Source of the DNA: Takakia lepidozioides
Taxonomy: Eukaryota > Plantae > Bryophyta
Assembly: GCA_030704615.1 (NCBI GenBank)
Contig: CM060732.1
Coordinates: 63,984,001 to 64,048,000, forward strand
Direction: 5' to 3'
Length of the DNA stretch: 64,000 bases
Shown here: one piece after another, positions 1 through 11,711 of the stretch
Layout: each line of letters starts with the position of its first letter
Position numbering within the stretch: position 1 is the stretch's first letter
Program-made: the position numbers and the translations under genes
The notes under the pieces: generated by a model
Databases searched by the model: none
What the model saw: only the letters and a program-made list of their open reading frames with translations
Told to the model about the DNA's origin: nothing

Positions 1-229
1 GGGCTGTTGGCTCCTGTTAGTACCATGATTTGGTATTCTTCCTGATGTTTCAAGGTTCTTGGGAGAGTCAGCTTGGTCTTAGCAGGCCGTGTTTCAATCT
101 CTGCCTGCTCATCTGCACCGTGCTGGTTCTCACAGACCAAACCGACATTACCTGACTACAAGACACAAGCAGCACACACAAGAGGTCCTTTTGGGTTGAT
201 GGTCGGTCAAATCCTCTATGGGTTCTTCT

Positions 230-690
230 TCGACCTATTTCAGCCTGTTTTGCCCTCTCATCAGACTCGGCCTTGAGATGCATATTGAATTATGTAAGTT
301 AGCTCGTTGCTCATTGATAAGTAGGGTTGGGGGTGTTTGCTGGAATGATTGTTGTATGCATGATTTTGTGCAGAGGCATAGATAGCTGAAGGAGCAGGGA
401 TAGAGTGTGGAAGAGGGCCAGATTTCAAGCTCCGGATTATCTATGATTCCCTGTGGAAAGATAGATACAAGAAACCTGCATGGGTAGATGGTCAATTGGA
501 AGCTGCAGCAGCATCAGCACAATTGATACAATCAAGCACTGCTAATGAAGACACCTTCTGAAACACATTTCACCCTATTTTCCCCTCTTATCAGAATCGG
601 CCCTAAATTTTCATGTTCAATTCTGCAAGTTAGCTGGTTGAGTGAATCTAGTTGGAGTGACTTTGACATGATACTGCCAATGTGACAAGA
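230..690 (+). repeat. Dispersed ~300-450 bp gene-like module, copy 1 (related pieces at ~1760-2780 and ~5395-6220)
   Basis: The blocks gatagctgaaggagcagggatagag...agagggccagatttcaag...acaagaaacctgcatgggtagatggtcaa...acacatttcaccct...tcttatcagaa recur at ~380-690, ~1990-2310, ~2560-2730, ~5450-5650 and ~5740-6020. Confidence 0.8.
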
Positions 691-744
691 GTATGCATTG
701 AACCCATTGGTAGCGGGATATTGGGATATCTCTTGGCCATGTGC

Positions 745-1745
745 CATTGTCAAAGTTGAAACTGTACTAGTTGTCATTCTGACCACTGCCCTAGTGGACA
801 TGTATGCCAAATGTGGGTGCAGCAAGCCTGATGCAAAGGGAGAGTTCGACAACATGGCTAAATGAGATGTGGTGTTGTGGACTGCCATGATTGTAAGGTG
901 TGTGTAGCATAGATGTGGGAGTAAGGCTTTGGAAACCTAAGAACAAATGATGTGGGAAAGGATGAAGCCAAACCAGGTCATGTTCATTTGTGTTTGTTAA
1001 TATGCATATGCGAGCCTAGCAGCCCTGGGAAAGGGCCAAGAGGTTCATGGTGACATCATCAAAGGTGGAATTGTACCTGATGTCATTCTGAACATTCCCC
1101 TGGTGTACATGTATGTCAAATGCGAGCCTGGTAGCCCTGGAAAGGACGCAAAGGTCCATTATCAAATCTGGAATTGTACCACTAGATGTCACTCTAAACA
1201 CTGCCTTGGTGGATATGTATGTCAAATGCACGCCTGGCAGCCCTGAAAAAGGGTACAGAGGTCCACGGTGATATTATCAAAGCTGGTATTGTATTTGATG
1301 TGATTTTGAACGTTGCCGTAGTGGACATGTATGCCAAGGTTGCAGGGTACAACTACAAGGATACATGGTTGTTTTGATAATATGGCTGAATGAGATGTGG
1401 TACCAGCCTAGCCCATAATTGCACTTACCTAGAGTAGGCAATGAGTGAAGACGGGGTTTGTGATGTTGATCGTCCAAGCTGGAATTAAACAAATGTTGTT
1501 CTGAACTATGCCCTTGTGGACTTGTATGCCAAATTGGGGTGCATGGAGGATGATGATCCCAGGATATGCACAACAACGGCACGGGATGGAGGCCCTTTGG
1601 AGAGGTCTATGAGCAAGTGGTGTGGGAAGGGATACTGCAGTGCAACCACATCGCGTTTGTTACATTTGCAACATGTGTGCAAGCCTGGCAGCCCTGCAAA
1701 ATAGCAAAGAGGTTCGTGGTGGAATTGTACTAGATGTCGATCTGA
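745..1745 (+). pseudogene. Degenerate PLS-class pentatricopeptide repeat (PPR) gene fragment
   Basis: Manual translation gives PPR motifs: ILTTALVDMYAKCG (~775-820), FDNMAK*DVVLWTAMI (~845-892), MKPNQVMFICV (~962-995), and repeated CASLAAL-KG-EVHGDIIK-GI--DV-LN-ALVDMY-K units (1009-1340, ~1500-1540, ~1675-1745). Many stops and frameshifts. Confidence 0.85.
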
Positions 1746-1759
1746 ACTTTGACATTATG

Positions 1760-2780
1760 CCAATGTGACAACAGGAAAGTATCCAGAAACAGGTCACAGA
1801 GACGAGGAGAAGTTGTGGAATGGTGGGACAACCGAGGGAAAAAGGTTAATGCCTGTTAGATTATAGAGGGCAGATGCAATTCAGCATAGGAACTAGTGTG
1901 ATAAGCTAAGTTGGGTGTTTCCTAGAACAAATGTAGGCTGTCATTATCAGCTGCAAGGCAAGGAAGTATGCATGATTTGTGCAGAAGCAGTGATAGCTGA
2001 AAGAGCAGGGATAGAGTATGGGTCCAGATTCATCCAAGAGGGCCAGATTTCAAGCACATGATTACCTATGATTACCTGTGGATTTAGCTATAAGAAACCT
2101 GCATGGGTAGATGGTGAACTGGAAGCCGCAGGAGTAGCGGCACAATTGATAAAATCAAGCACTACTAATAAAGGCACCTTCTTCAACACATTTCACCCTG
2201 TTTTTCCCTCTTATCAGAACCGGCCCTAAATTTCAATGTCTGCAAGTTAGCTGGTTGAGTGAATCTAGTTTGGAGTGACTTTGACATGATATTGCCAATG
2301 TGACAACAGGAAAGTATCGAAAAACAGTTAACGGAGATGAGGGGAAGCTGTGGAATGAATACTTTTCTGACCCCAGTCAATGGTGGGACAACTGAGGCAA
2401 AAAGGTAAATGCCTGTTGGATTACAGAGAGTAACAGATGCAATTGAGAATATGAACTTGTGTGGTAAGTTGAGTTGGGTGTTTGCTGGAACAAATGTAGG
2501 CTGTCATTGTCAGCTGCTAACAGCAATGCAAGGATATATGCATGATCTATGCAGAGGCATGGATAGCTGAAGGAGCAGGGATAGAGTGTGGGTCCAGATC
2601 ATCCAAGAAAGCCGGATTTCAAGTTCCAGATTACTGATGATTCCCTGTGGAAGGATAGCTACAAGAAACCTGCATGGGTAGATGGTAGATAGTTTGGAGT
2701 GACTTTGATATGATACTGCCAAAGTGACAATAAAAAAGTATCCATAAACAGGTAATAGTAGCAGATGCAATTCAGCACAG
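1760..2780 (+). repeat. Shuffled copies of the same gene-like module
   Basis: Two near-tandem copies of the 230-690 blocks plus the block ggaatg..acttttctgaccccagtcaatggtgggacaa, which is also at ~5414-5452. Confidence 0.75.
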
Positions 2781-3362
2781 GCACTAAGGCAAACTCTCCT
2801 TCCCCGTAAGGGTGTGTTTTGGTATCTGAGCGAATAAATATTTTATCTAAGAATATAATTTCAAAAATTCGTTATTTAATAATGTGCCACTGTCCCATGT
2901 TGGTCAGTAATAATAATTATAATAACAAATAATTATAATAATTATTTTAGTAATTATAATAACAATAAAGTAAATCTACAACCCCCAACAGCGACGCGTG
3001 TCAATTGACATGAGGAACCACGTGTCAAAATCACGATGCGACACATGCTGACGTCTGATTCCCTCCTCTGCAGTCGGATGGCGTCGCAGTCTGACACGTG
3101 GCGTGTTCTGTAGAGAGCATGTGTCTCTATTACACAGCGGCTGACATGGACCCGTTCAGTCATTCAGTAATGCCAGCGTGTATGACTACCCCCACAGCTG
3201 CTCTGGCGCCACGTGACAGCCAGCCTGGAGAGTCATATCTGCCATGTCACAACTGACTAGGTCTTTACGTCTGCAGAGTCAGGAAGTCGTAAATGGCTTC
3301 CATGACTGCATTTGCAGTCATAACACAGAGACGTAAAAGCCGCAATTTGTTGTAGTGAGTGT

Positions 3363-4215
3363 ATGTCAGCATGCTCCAAAATAGCCAATGTGGCTGTTCG
3401 GGGTGAGTTTGGTATTCCATCCTTAAGCTCCCGACGAGATGAATTCAAGGTCAGATGGTGGGGTCAGCTGCAACATATGCCCAACACCAGATATCCTAAG
3501 TTGATTGACTCTATATCTTGGAAACAGGACCGCCCTGTCAAACAGGCTAAGTCCTGGCAGAAGAGAGTAGAAAAGATTCTCAAGGACCTGGACCTGGATC
3601 CGCAAGTCTTGACCCTGCTGGATAAATCTGCCTTAGAGGCTGTAGTGTCTGAGGCCATGTCTGTTGCCATGAGATTGTCTGATGAAAATGAAGTTAGGCA
3701 GAGAACTTCCCTGAACTTGTTTCCAGTCAGTGACATGGGGGTGGACATCTTGGATGACCTCAAGGGTCTACCCACTCTCGGCACTAGACTGAAATTTAAA
3801 CTCAGGGCAGGAAGCCTACCTTTGAACAGCAAACAAAAGCAGAGAGGAAAGGGAGAGTGCAATTGTCCGTTGTGTGGGCAATCTGAAGACAGTATTCATT
3901 TTCTGATATGCTGTCCGGGTTCTCTCACCAAAGAGAGGCTCTCTTCAATTCTATCAAGGGAATTGTGCATGTACCCCTGTTTACCAACTTTGAAAGTCTC
4001 GAGGCTGAGCCAAAAGCCCAGGCCCTCCTGAGGCCTAGTTTTTGGGCAAATCACACACAACAGATTGATGCTTGTGTGAAGGGTTTTCTAGAGGATATCT
4101 GGAAAACCCGGATTAATTCCTTATACGATGGTAAGTCTTACTACCAACGTCAGCCCTGTTCCTTTTGTTCCCACTGAAACTGGGCGCGGGGTCAATGGCC
4201 ACAAGGCTACGGCAA
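3363..4215 (+). mobile_element. 5'-truncated non-LTR retrotransposon (LINE, probably RTE/RTEX-like), C-terminal part of ORF2
   Basis: ORF 3363-4031 has the post-RT motif ANVAVRGEFG and a zinc knuckle CPLCGQSEDSIHFLICCP. It continues by frameshift into ORF 3908-4177 (FLEDIWKTR). The clade call is inference. Confidence 0.75.
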
Positions 4216-4755
4216 ACAACGTCTTATGAGTACAATCTCATCCTTATCATCCCTCGCCTTTTGGAAAATTCCAGCCATAATTGAAGGGCAATTGGTTGTT
4301 GTACTTAACTGCACGAATGTTCCCCTTTCTATTGGAATGAGCCGCACGTCCTTTCCATGCTGACATACCCTTTCTTCTTCCTGCAGGATCCTTTGCCCAG
4401 CCCTGTTATTTCTATCATTTGTGCCATCCTCTTGGCGTTTCCACATCCTCCCCTCATTGCCAGTGAAGTGTTTCTTTCTCTTCCCCTTGTCTTTAAAGAC
4501 ACTCCAACTGTTAGCTGCAGTACCCTTCGCTGATTTCTTATTGCCTTTGACCTCATGTATGTTTTCAATCATGTTTGAAGGGTGATCACTTGCTGCCATA
4601 TGCATGACTGTGTCCTTGACTGCTTCTCTTGTCTCAGTATGATGTTTAATTGTTGTCATGTCAGGCTGTGCTCAGCTGCACCGTGGTGTCTTCAAATGGA
4701 TCAATTTTTCAGACACGGTCTTGCCAACTGAATGATGCAGGTTCACTTGGGAGAG

Positions 4756-5392
4756 TGCACTCCCCCTTTCCTCTCTGCTTCTGTTTCATGTTCAAAGGTA
4801 GGCTTCCTTCCCTGAGTTTAAATTTCAGTCTAGTGCCGAGAGTGGGTGGACCCTTGAGGTCATCCAAGATGTCCTCCCCCATGTCACTGACTAGAAACAA
4901 GTTCAGGGAAGTTTTATGCCTAACTTCATTTTCATCAGACAATCTCATGGCAATAGACATGGCTTTGGACACTACAGCCTCTAAGTCTGATTTATCCAGC
5001 AGGGTCAAGACTTGCGGATCCAGGTCCAGGTCCTTGAGAATCTCTTCTACTCTGGCCTTGGGAAAACACCTTTTGATCTCAGTCCAGAAAGTGGTCAGAG
5101 GTACCAATATCAGTTCTGTCGATCAACACATTGGCACACCGGGGGAACAAATTTTTGTCCATTATGATATAGTCCACAATGGAACGTTCCCCAGTTTGGG
5201 ATTTCTCACGAGTCCACTGCACTTGGTCACCTCTTGTCTTGTTAATCAAGGTCAAAAGCTGAAGCTCTTCCAGACAGTTAATTAACCGTCTGCCATTAGA
5301 ATTCAGCTTGTCCTCACCAGAAGACCCAATGATATCGTCCTGATGGAGCCCTTTGCCCACTTGGGCATTGAAGTCACCCTACAATAGCACCA
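4756..5392 (-). mobile_element. Internally deleted, inverted LINE copy: APE endonuclease end fused to the C-terminal region
   Basis: The minus strand reads GDFNAQVGKG...NSNGRRLI...SIVDYII...TSDHF (APE endonuclease motifs), then joins RVEEILKDLDLDPQ...KQRGKGEC. That part is an inverted near-copy of ~3564-3861. Confidence 0.8.
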
Positions 5393-5394
5393 CA

Positions 5395-6220
5395 GAGATG
5401 AAGAGAAGCTTTGGAATGAGACACTTTTCTGACCCCAGTCAATGGTGGGACAATGTGGGTGGATGGTCAACTGGAAACAGCAGCGGCAACAGCGCAATTG
5501 ATAAAGCAAGGCACTGCTGATGAAAGGTACCTTCTTCAACGTATTTCAGCCTGAGGGCACCTTCTGGTTGACCTGTTTCAGCCTGTTTTTCCCTCTCATC
5601 AGACTCAGCCCTGAAGCATATGTATTGAATTCTATAAGTTAGCTCGTTGGGTGGATCTGCGGTGCTCTGGAGTGACTTTGCAAGTTGCTGCCGAGGTGGT
5701 AGCATGACAGTACCTAAAAAAAGATAATAGATAGAACAAAGGACTGCTAATGAAGGTACCTTCTTCAACACATTTCAGCCTGTTTTTCCCTATTATCAGA
5801 GTCGTCCCTAGATTTCCAGATGGCGGATTCCAAGCTCCAGATTACTTATGATTCCATGTGGAATGATAGCTACAAGAAACCTGGATGGGTAGATGGTCAA
5901 CTGGAAGCCACAGTAGTAGCTGCAGAGGCATGATGTACGCATTGTTAGTGTGGAGGGAGGGGTAGCTGTTGATGCAGGGAGAGGATCGTGGGTGCAAAAT
6001 CATCCAAGAGGGCCAGATTTGGAGCAAGGAACAGCGCTGGCAGGAGTTCTATAAATTTGATCCACAGCGGTGGAACAATATTGTCAACAAGGTGAGCTTT
6101 CTTCATGCAACATCGTAGGGAGTTTGACAAAACTTTGTATTTAAATATGTTAGTGTGGAGGGAGGGCTAGCCGCTGATGCAAGGATGGACTGTGGGTTCA
6201 GGATCACCCAAGAGGGCTAC
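5395..6220 (+). repeat. Further rearranged copies of the gene-like module
   Basis: Same blocks as 230-690 in a different order, with an internal duplication tgttagtgtggagggagg...ccaagagggc at ~5943 and ~6148. Confidence 0.65.
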
Positions 6221-6449
6221 CAGCAGTGGAAGTAGCAGCATTTGGTCAATAGCAGCAGCAAAAATTAACAACATCAAACTCATCAATCAGGTACTTGCTT
6301 CTGTATACATTTCATCCTCTTATGAACGTAGTTCCTACTTGGACAGCCTATAGGGTTGTATAAAACAGGACTTTGGAACCTTTCAACCCGGGTGCTTTGT
6401 TATTGGTCTATCAAGGTCTGATTTGAAATGTTTTCATTGCATTTTGCAG

Positions 6450-7494
6450 GTGAACTCATCATGGAAGAAGAGTTGGAAGTAAAAGTCCTGCTTGCTGGAG
6501 GAGATGCATCACCAAACAGGCTTGGTTCTGTGTTCACTATGCAAGGTGTCACATACAAATGCATCCGAGCAAAAATTATAGGTGATGAGCTTGTCTCTGC
6601 AAAATTTCATTTCCTTTCCATGGGGGGTAGTGTCCTTTCAGCCAAGCAAGAAGAGAGGATGGTTCTGAAAGGGAATACTGTACACATTAAGATTTCAGAC
6701 CAAAATGATGGGGACCAAGGATTGAAAAGACCTCTATCTTCCAGTGGTTCTACGATCTTGCATGAGGACAGACCAGGCGAGGACCCGGCACCAGTGTCTA
6801 CCAAGATGAGGATGGACCCTGATACACCCTTTGCTGGCGATGGTGGAAATGAAGACCATGCACATGAGCATGCACTTCAGCAGAGATCTGGTAGATTGTG
6901 CAGCACGTTGGCTACATCCAACGTGCTACATCCATTTGTCAAAGTAGACGGGAAGACGTTATTCAAAAGCACTTTGGTTAGCCAACTCAATGGCAACCCT
7001 ACTCTATCCAATGATAGATTGACACGAGTAAGAAGTGCATCGATGTTGTTTTGCCGAGAAAACAAACCAACTATCAGCAACAAAGCCACGAGCTTGGGAT
7101 TGGGTTCGGATTGTGCTGTATTTTTTGTTGATGGGGAGATTGCGATCCAAACTACAAACAAGAAGGTAGACCAGGGAAAACCTGCAGAGAAGCAACCAAA
7201 GACACTTGGTATTTGGGCAGGGTTCAAAGAATGCGGAAGAAAATCAATAAGCGGTTTGTAGAATGTAGGGATTCTGTTGATTTATTGGAGTGTCCTTCTC
7301 ATATGGAGATTGGGTTAGCATGGTACCAAAAAATTCGAGGAGGGGTCTATACGTACGATTTGACGGATAACATGATGGTTGATTTGGATTCCATTATCGC
7401 GTTAGCATGTTTAAAGTACAATGTCAAGTCAAACACATATGTTCTTGATGCAAATGACCGAAAAGTCTTTGACAACTTTATCAAAGGCAAATAA
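6450..7494 (+). pseudogene. Frameshifted ORF of unknown family, possibly transposon-derived
   Basis: Follows a ttgcag acceptor at ~6449. ORF 6428-7261 (HPFVKVDGKTLFKSTLVSQLNGNPTLSNDRLTRVRS) switches frame near 7150-7200 to TWYLGRVQRMRKK...LAWYQKI...VFDNFIKGK*. Protein-like composition over ~340 aa, but no family recognised with confidence. Confidence 0.45.
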
Positions 7495-8924
7495 TTTTTT
7501 TAATTAATTTGTTAGCACTCAAACCTTTGCAGCAGTTGCTTTGCCTCTCCAAGCTGCTTCTCCATGTCCAATTCTTTCTTTGTTCTGTGACTGTTTTCCT
7601 GCACAAACTAGAGGTGATGTCAAAAATAGGACTTTGAGCCAGGTGGCAGGATAAGAAAAAGTTTGAGAAGATATTCAACTTTATGGCCTCCTCAAGCAAG
7701 TTCAACAATGCATCCTTTCTGAATTTCTCCTCCACCTATCATCAATGACAAGCTGAAGTCAATATCAGTAAGTGATAACAAAGCCACATCTGACATCTAG
7801 CAGACCTAGCAAAATATTAAACCTCCAGAGTGAGTCGACGCCTATGCAGGGAGCTAGCACAACTTTCTCTAAATCATGTTTACGTTTGGAAAAAAGTGGA
7901 TAGCAAAACAAAATTCTGAGCTTTTTACTTGTGGCTGCACCCTCTATATAATATAATGAGAGAGAATAGTATCAACAGAAAAAAATATAGTATTCCGTTA
8001 ATCCTCTGGTCCGGCGACTGTGCTTTAATCTATGGGCCTAGTCCCCTACCTTCCACCATCCCCATCAAGCAAATAAAGGTTTCTTTCAGCCAGGGGGCGG
8101 CTCTTTCTCCCCCGTTGTGGAACTGGTTCCATGTTGGACATTGTGTGGCAAAGTGCTTGAAATCCAAAGACATAGCACTGCATTGTATGGTAATTTTAAG
8201 CTTCCAATGCATTGGTGGACAGTAGAAAATAAAAGACCACTACACATGCTTGACCAGCAAGCATTGTAGTTTGCTTAGTGCAAGCTGCTTTTGAATATCC
8301 TTCATCTATGTCCTGAGAGAGAATGCCCACTTGCACCAGTTGCATATTGATGTAAAACTCCAAAAGCATTGAGTGTCAAAGGTCACCACAAGGCCTCAGT
8401 AGTATGGACCGGCTAAGTGTTTTGAAAATAACTCTGAGTGTATTTAGCATAAAACATTTTGTGGAGTAAAATAAAATAAGTGAAAATAAAATAAATGGTT
8501 TATATTGGTCAAATATTAAAGTACTTATCCAGTTAATCCTTCATTGTTTACCAGGTTCGGATGGATCCCACTCACTTTTGCATATGACAATAATTTTCAC
8601 TCTTTCTTCAAGATCATTTATAGCCCATGAGGTGGCGGATTTGCTCCAAAACATTTCATGAGATTTTTAGAAAACTTCATTTAGCGTGCGGCCCTCCCAA
8701 CATCTTCGGGTAGGCCCTATCTCTCATCAAACAAGGGAAGACTCCAAGCCAACCGGCATCCTCCAATAGGCCAAAAAAAATAAAATACGGGATGTATGTA
8801 TGTAACACCATGGGGATGACCCGCCCCTTTTTGTGCCAATTGAACGTAGTTCTCAGAATTCGTCGCTAGTAGTGCGGAGCAACGCGAAGCCCTAGTAATT
8901 AATTATTTCAAGGGTTTGCAGAAA

Positions 8925-8997
8925 GCATCGACTAGTGTGGTGGTAAAGAGTAATTTGTGATGAACATGAGGTCTGCTGTTCAAATCCTGGTAGGTGA
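8925..8997 (+). mobile_element. tRNA-derived SINE-like head
   Basis: A-box-like TAGTGTGGTGGT (8933) and B-box-like GTTCAAATCC (8978) at tRNA spacing. Imperfect acceptor stem CATCGAC/GTAGGTG; no proper anticodon arm. Confidence 0.45.
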
Positions 8998-9057
8998 TAT
9001 TGTGGCGGTAATGTGTGTTAATTATAAATATATATTTTGTTTGAGGAGGGTCTGAAG

Positions 9058-9283
9058 GTTGGAGTTAGGCGCTCGCCAGTTGGAGTCTGTTGAGTCCGTT
9101 GGTCAGTCTGCTCGTCAATCGCCAATTTGATGGTGAGTCCGCTCGCCAATTGCCAGTCCGCCGGTTAGTCCACTTGCCGCCAGTCTGCTGGTCAGTCCGC
9201 TCCCCAATCCGCTTGTCAATCCGCTTGCCAGTTGGAGTCGGTCTGTTGAGGGTCTGGCCAGTCCGCTAGAAGGTCCGCCGCCG
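9058..9283. repeat. Degenerate GC-rich minisatellite (~12 bp, consensus about CAGTCCGCTCGC)
   Basis: Repeated agtccgct/agtctgct/aatccgct + cgcca units are directly visible. Confidence 0.7.
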
Positions 9284-11711
9284 TTAAAGAACTAGGACTT
9301 AGAAAAAATTCAGAATCTAGACCTGGTGAAAGGGGGGTGGGTTCATGAGCTCACCCCATGGACCGTACTCGCGGGGCCATAGGTGCATTCAAGTCGCAAT
9401 TATTAAAAAATGAGAGGCATTACAAAATTATGTAATGCAAGGGTACCGAAAAAAAAAAAAAAAAAAAAAACCAAATAATACCCCCCAACTATATACCCTT
9501 TGTTCGCAGATGGTAATAAAGTTTTATAAGGAGTGAACTCCCTGGGCCGATACCACTGGGCTGTTTGTTGTAACTAATCTTTTACAACTTAGAGTTGGAG
9601 AGTCGTTCTTGTCTGTGTTGACTCAAAGTGAGTCGTTTCCGAGTCGTAAAAAACAAATAACTTTTTTTAAGTGTAAAAAATTGACTCCACACCAACCTAT
9701 GAAGGAATAAATGATATCACCCCACACTGGGGCGTGCTAGATCGTGAGCCTGACAATGTTAGTCTGTAAGCCCGTGAACGTACAATTTTCCAAAACATAT
9801 GGACCTATTACCGTTGGAGAACACCTATTGCTGTGGAAACTAGCTCTTGAATGGTGTGGAGAACACAAATACAACCGTCATTGAACATTACAAGAACCCC
9901 CATTGTTTTGACAATCGGAGGGCGATAAGTTGCCATAAACACAATAACACTTGAAGATTATTCTACTTGTGTACTTACAAAAGCCCATCATTATTTTAGC
10001 GGCGTGTGTAATATATAGAACGGTATAAGGCTCCAGTAGGCTCTTCAACTGAGTTGAATTTGACACTTTGCCTATAGTGCTAGTCCTAAATCTGACTTCA
10101 GTTAGTCCCAAATGCGTTCAAATAATTTGCAAAAACCGGACGACAGTGTATGTTGATGGACTGAATATTGATGACAAAAACCTCAAAATTTGAAACGAAG
10201 CAGTTCCCCCAAAAAAAACACTCAACGTTAGTATTGCTCGTCAAAAGTATTAAATAGATGCAACATTCATCGGGATGATGTCAAGAATTACCAACCGTTT
10301 ACAATATCTAGAATGATAGCTCTTCATACCATTCAAACAAGACTCTTGCTTGTTGCTAGTTCGCCAAACCACAGTTTAACAAAGTCAGAAGAATTATGCA
10401 CAAAATGATAGGGATAGGTAGAGAGATCATGCATATAACAACATGCAACTGAGACGATAGAAAACGTTTGGGATTGCTGGAAAAGTTGCATGGTTTGAGG
10501 TTGCTGCAACAACGCACACTTGTTTTTCAGTCCAAAAATTATATATATACATATATTGGTAAATAAGTGTGCGTACATTTGTTTTGTAGCAATCCCAAAC
10601 CTCTCATATCGTCTATGCTGCAACAAGTCAGAGAGCTCAATAGTACAACAGACAGCAAAGACGATGTTGAAAAGTAATAGAAAGACGAAAGGAAATACGA
10701 TATGAAAGATTTGGGTTTGCTGACAACAATGGATGCATCAATGCATGCAATTTCTTTGGTTACGTCAAGCCTATCATATTATCCTTTCTCCTCCAAAATA
10801 AAAGGATTATAAGACAAATACTATAGGCTGTAGGCTGTCGCGCCTGATGTACATTTTGGAAGGAAAAATAAAAACCACAAACTTTCAAAGTAGAGTGTAC
10901 AATAATTTTCATTGCGGGATAGAGCCCAGCCTTGAAAAGGGGCAGTAGCCGCAAGATGGAATGGCTTTTAGTTGCGCCGGCTTCGGTCAGAGTCTTCTTT
11001 CTCTCTCTCTCTCTTCATTGCAAGAGTGACTTGTTTCATGGATGTTCCTTCTTCATGTTACAAACATGTATATACTATTGTCACCTCAGGATCTGTTCTA
11101 TAGAACAAGGCATATGACATCACAATGACAAATATTCTACTTGTAACTGTCCAAATTTTATCTATGCTATTCGGTAATCTTGACAAAACATGAAAACATA
11201 TCTCATACAAACATTTGTTTTTAATTAGGGTATTTTGTGACCCCAAATAAGACGATAATTCTCACAAGGTCACATTGTCCTACACAAAGGTTGATATTCT
11301 TTTGCAGCGGATGTGGATAGTGGACACAAAATATGCTCTATTCGTAGCTTGAAGAAATTGCTTAAATGTTTGACACATTTTAAATCTTTGCTGCCATTCG
11401 GATTGTATTGAGTGTACAAGGCCAATATCAACTTCAATTAGTATGCCAGAATTCGGCGTCGTTCTATATTCTCCACATTGTTCCAAGGTTATTCCACGGT
11501 AACAAGGAGCCATGTCCACAGAAATAGACACCCTTACTAGTCGACGATGTGGCATAGGCCAAAAATTCAGCCAAGTGGTCAAGCATGAGCCTAGGCTCAT
11601 GCCACGCCATCAAAGCGCGAGTGTAGGCTTAGAGGCTCACAGCCTAACGCCGTCCTCTCACACGAACCTAGAAAGAACGCGCGCGCACACATACACACAC
11701 ATATGACGAAT

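Noticed and set aside
3264-3337. Hammerhead ribozyme
   Set aside because: Three stems are present but the catalytic core nucleotides are missing on both strands.
4207-4659. 150 aa minus-strand ORF between the LINE pieces
   Set aside because: No recognisable motif or exon structure; cannot be supported as a gene.
7481-8400. Minus-strand ORF fragments convergent on the 6450-7494 relic
   Set aside because: Short, stop-interrupted, and no recognisable domain.
8865-8896. Helitron 3' end (GC-rich motif then CTAG-T)
   Set aside because: The hairpin is only ~3 bp and no 5' TC end could be located; insufficient support.
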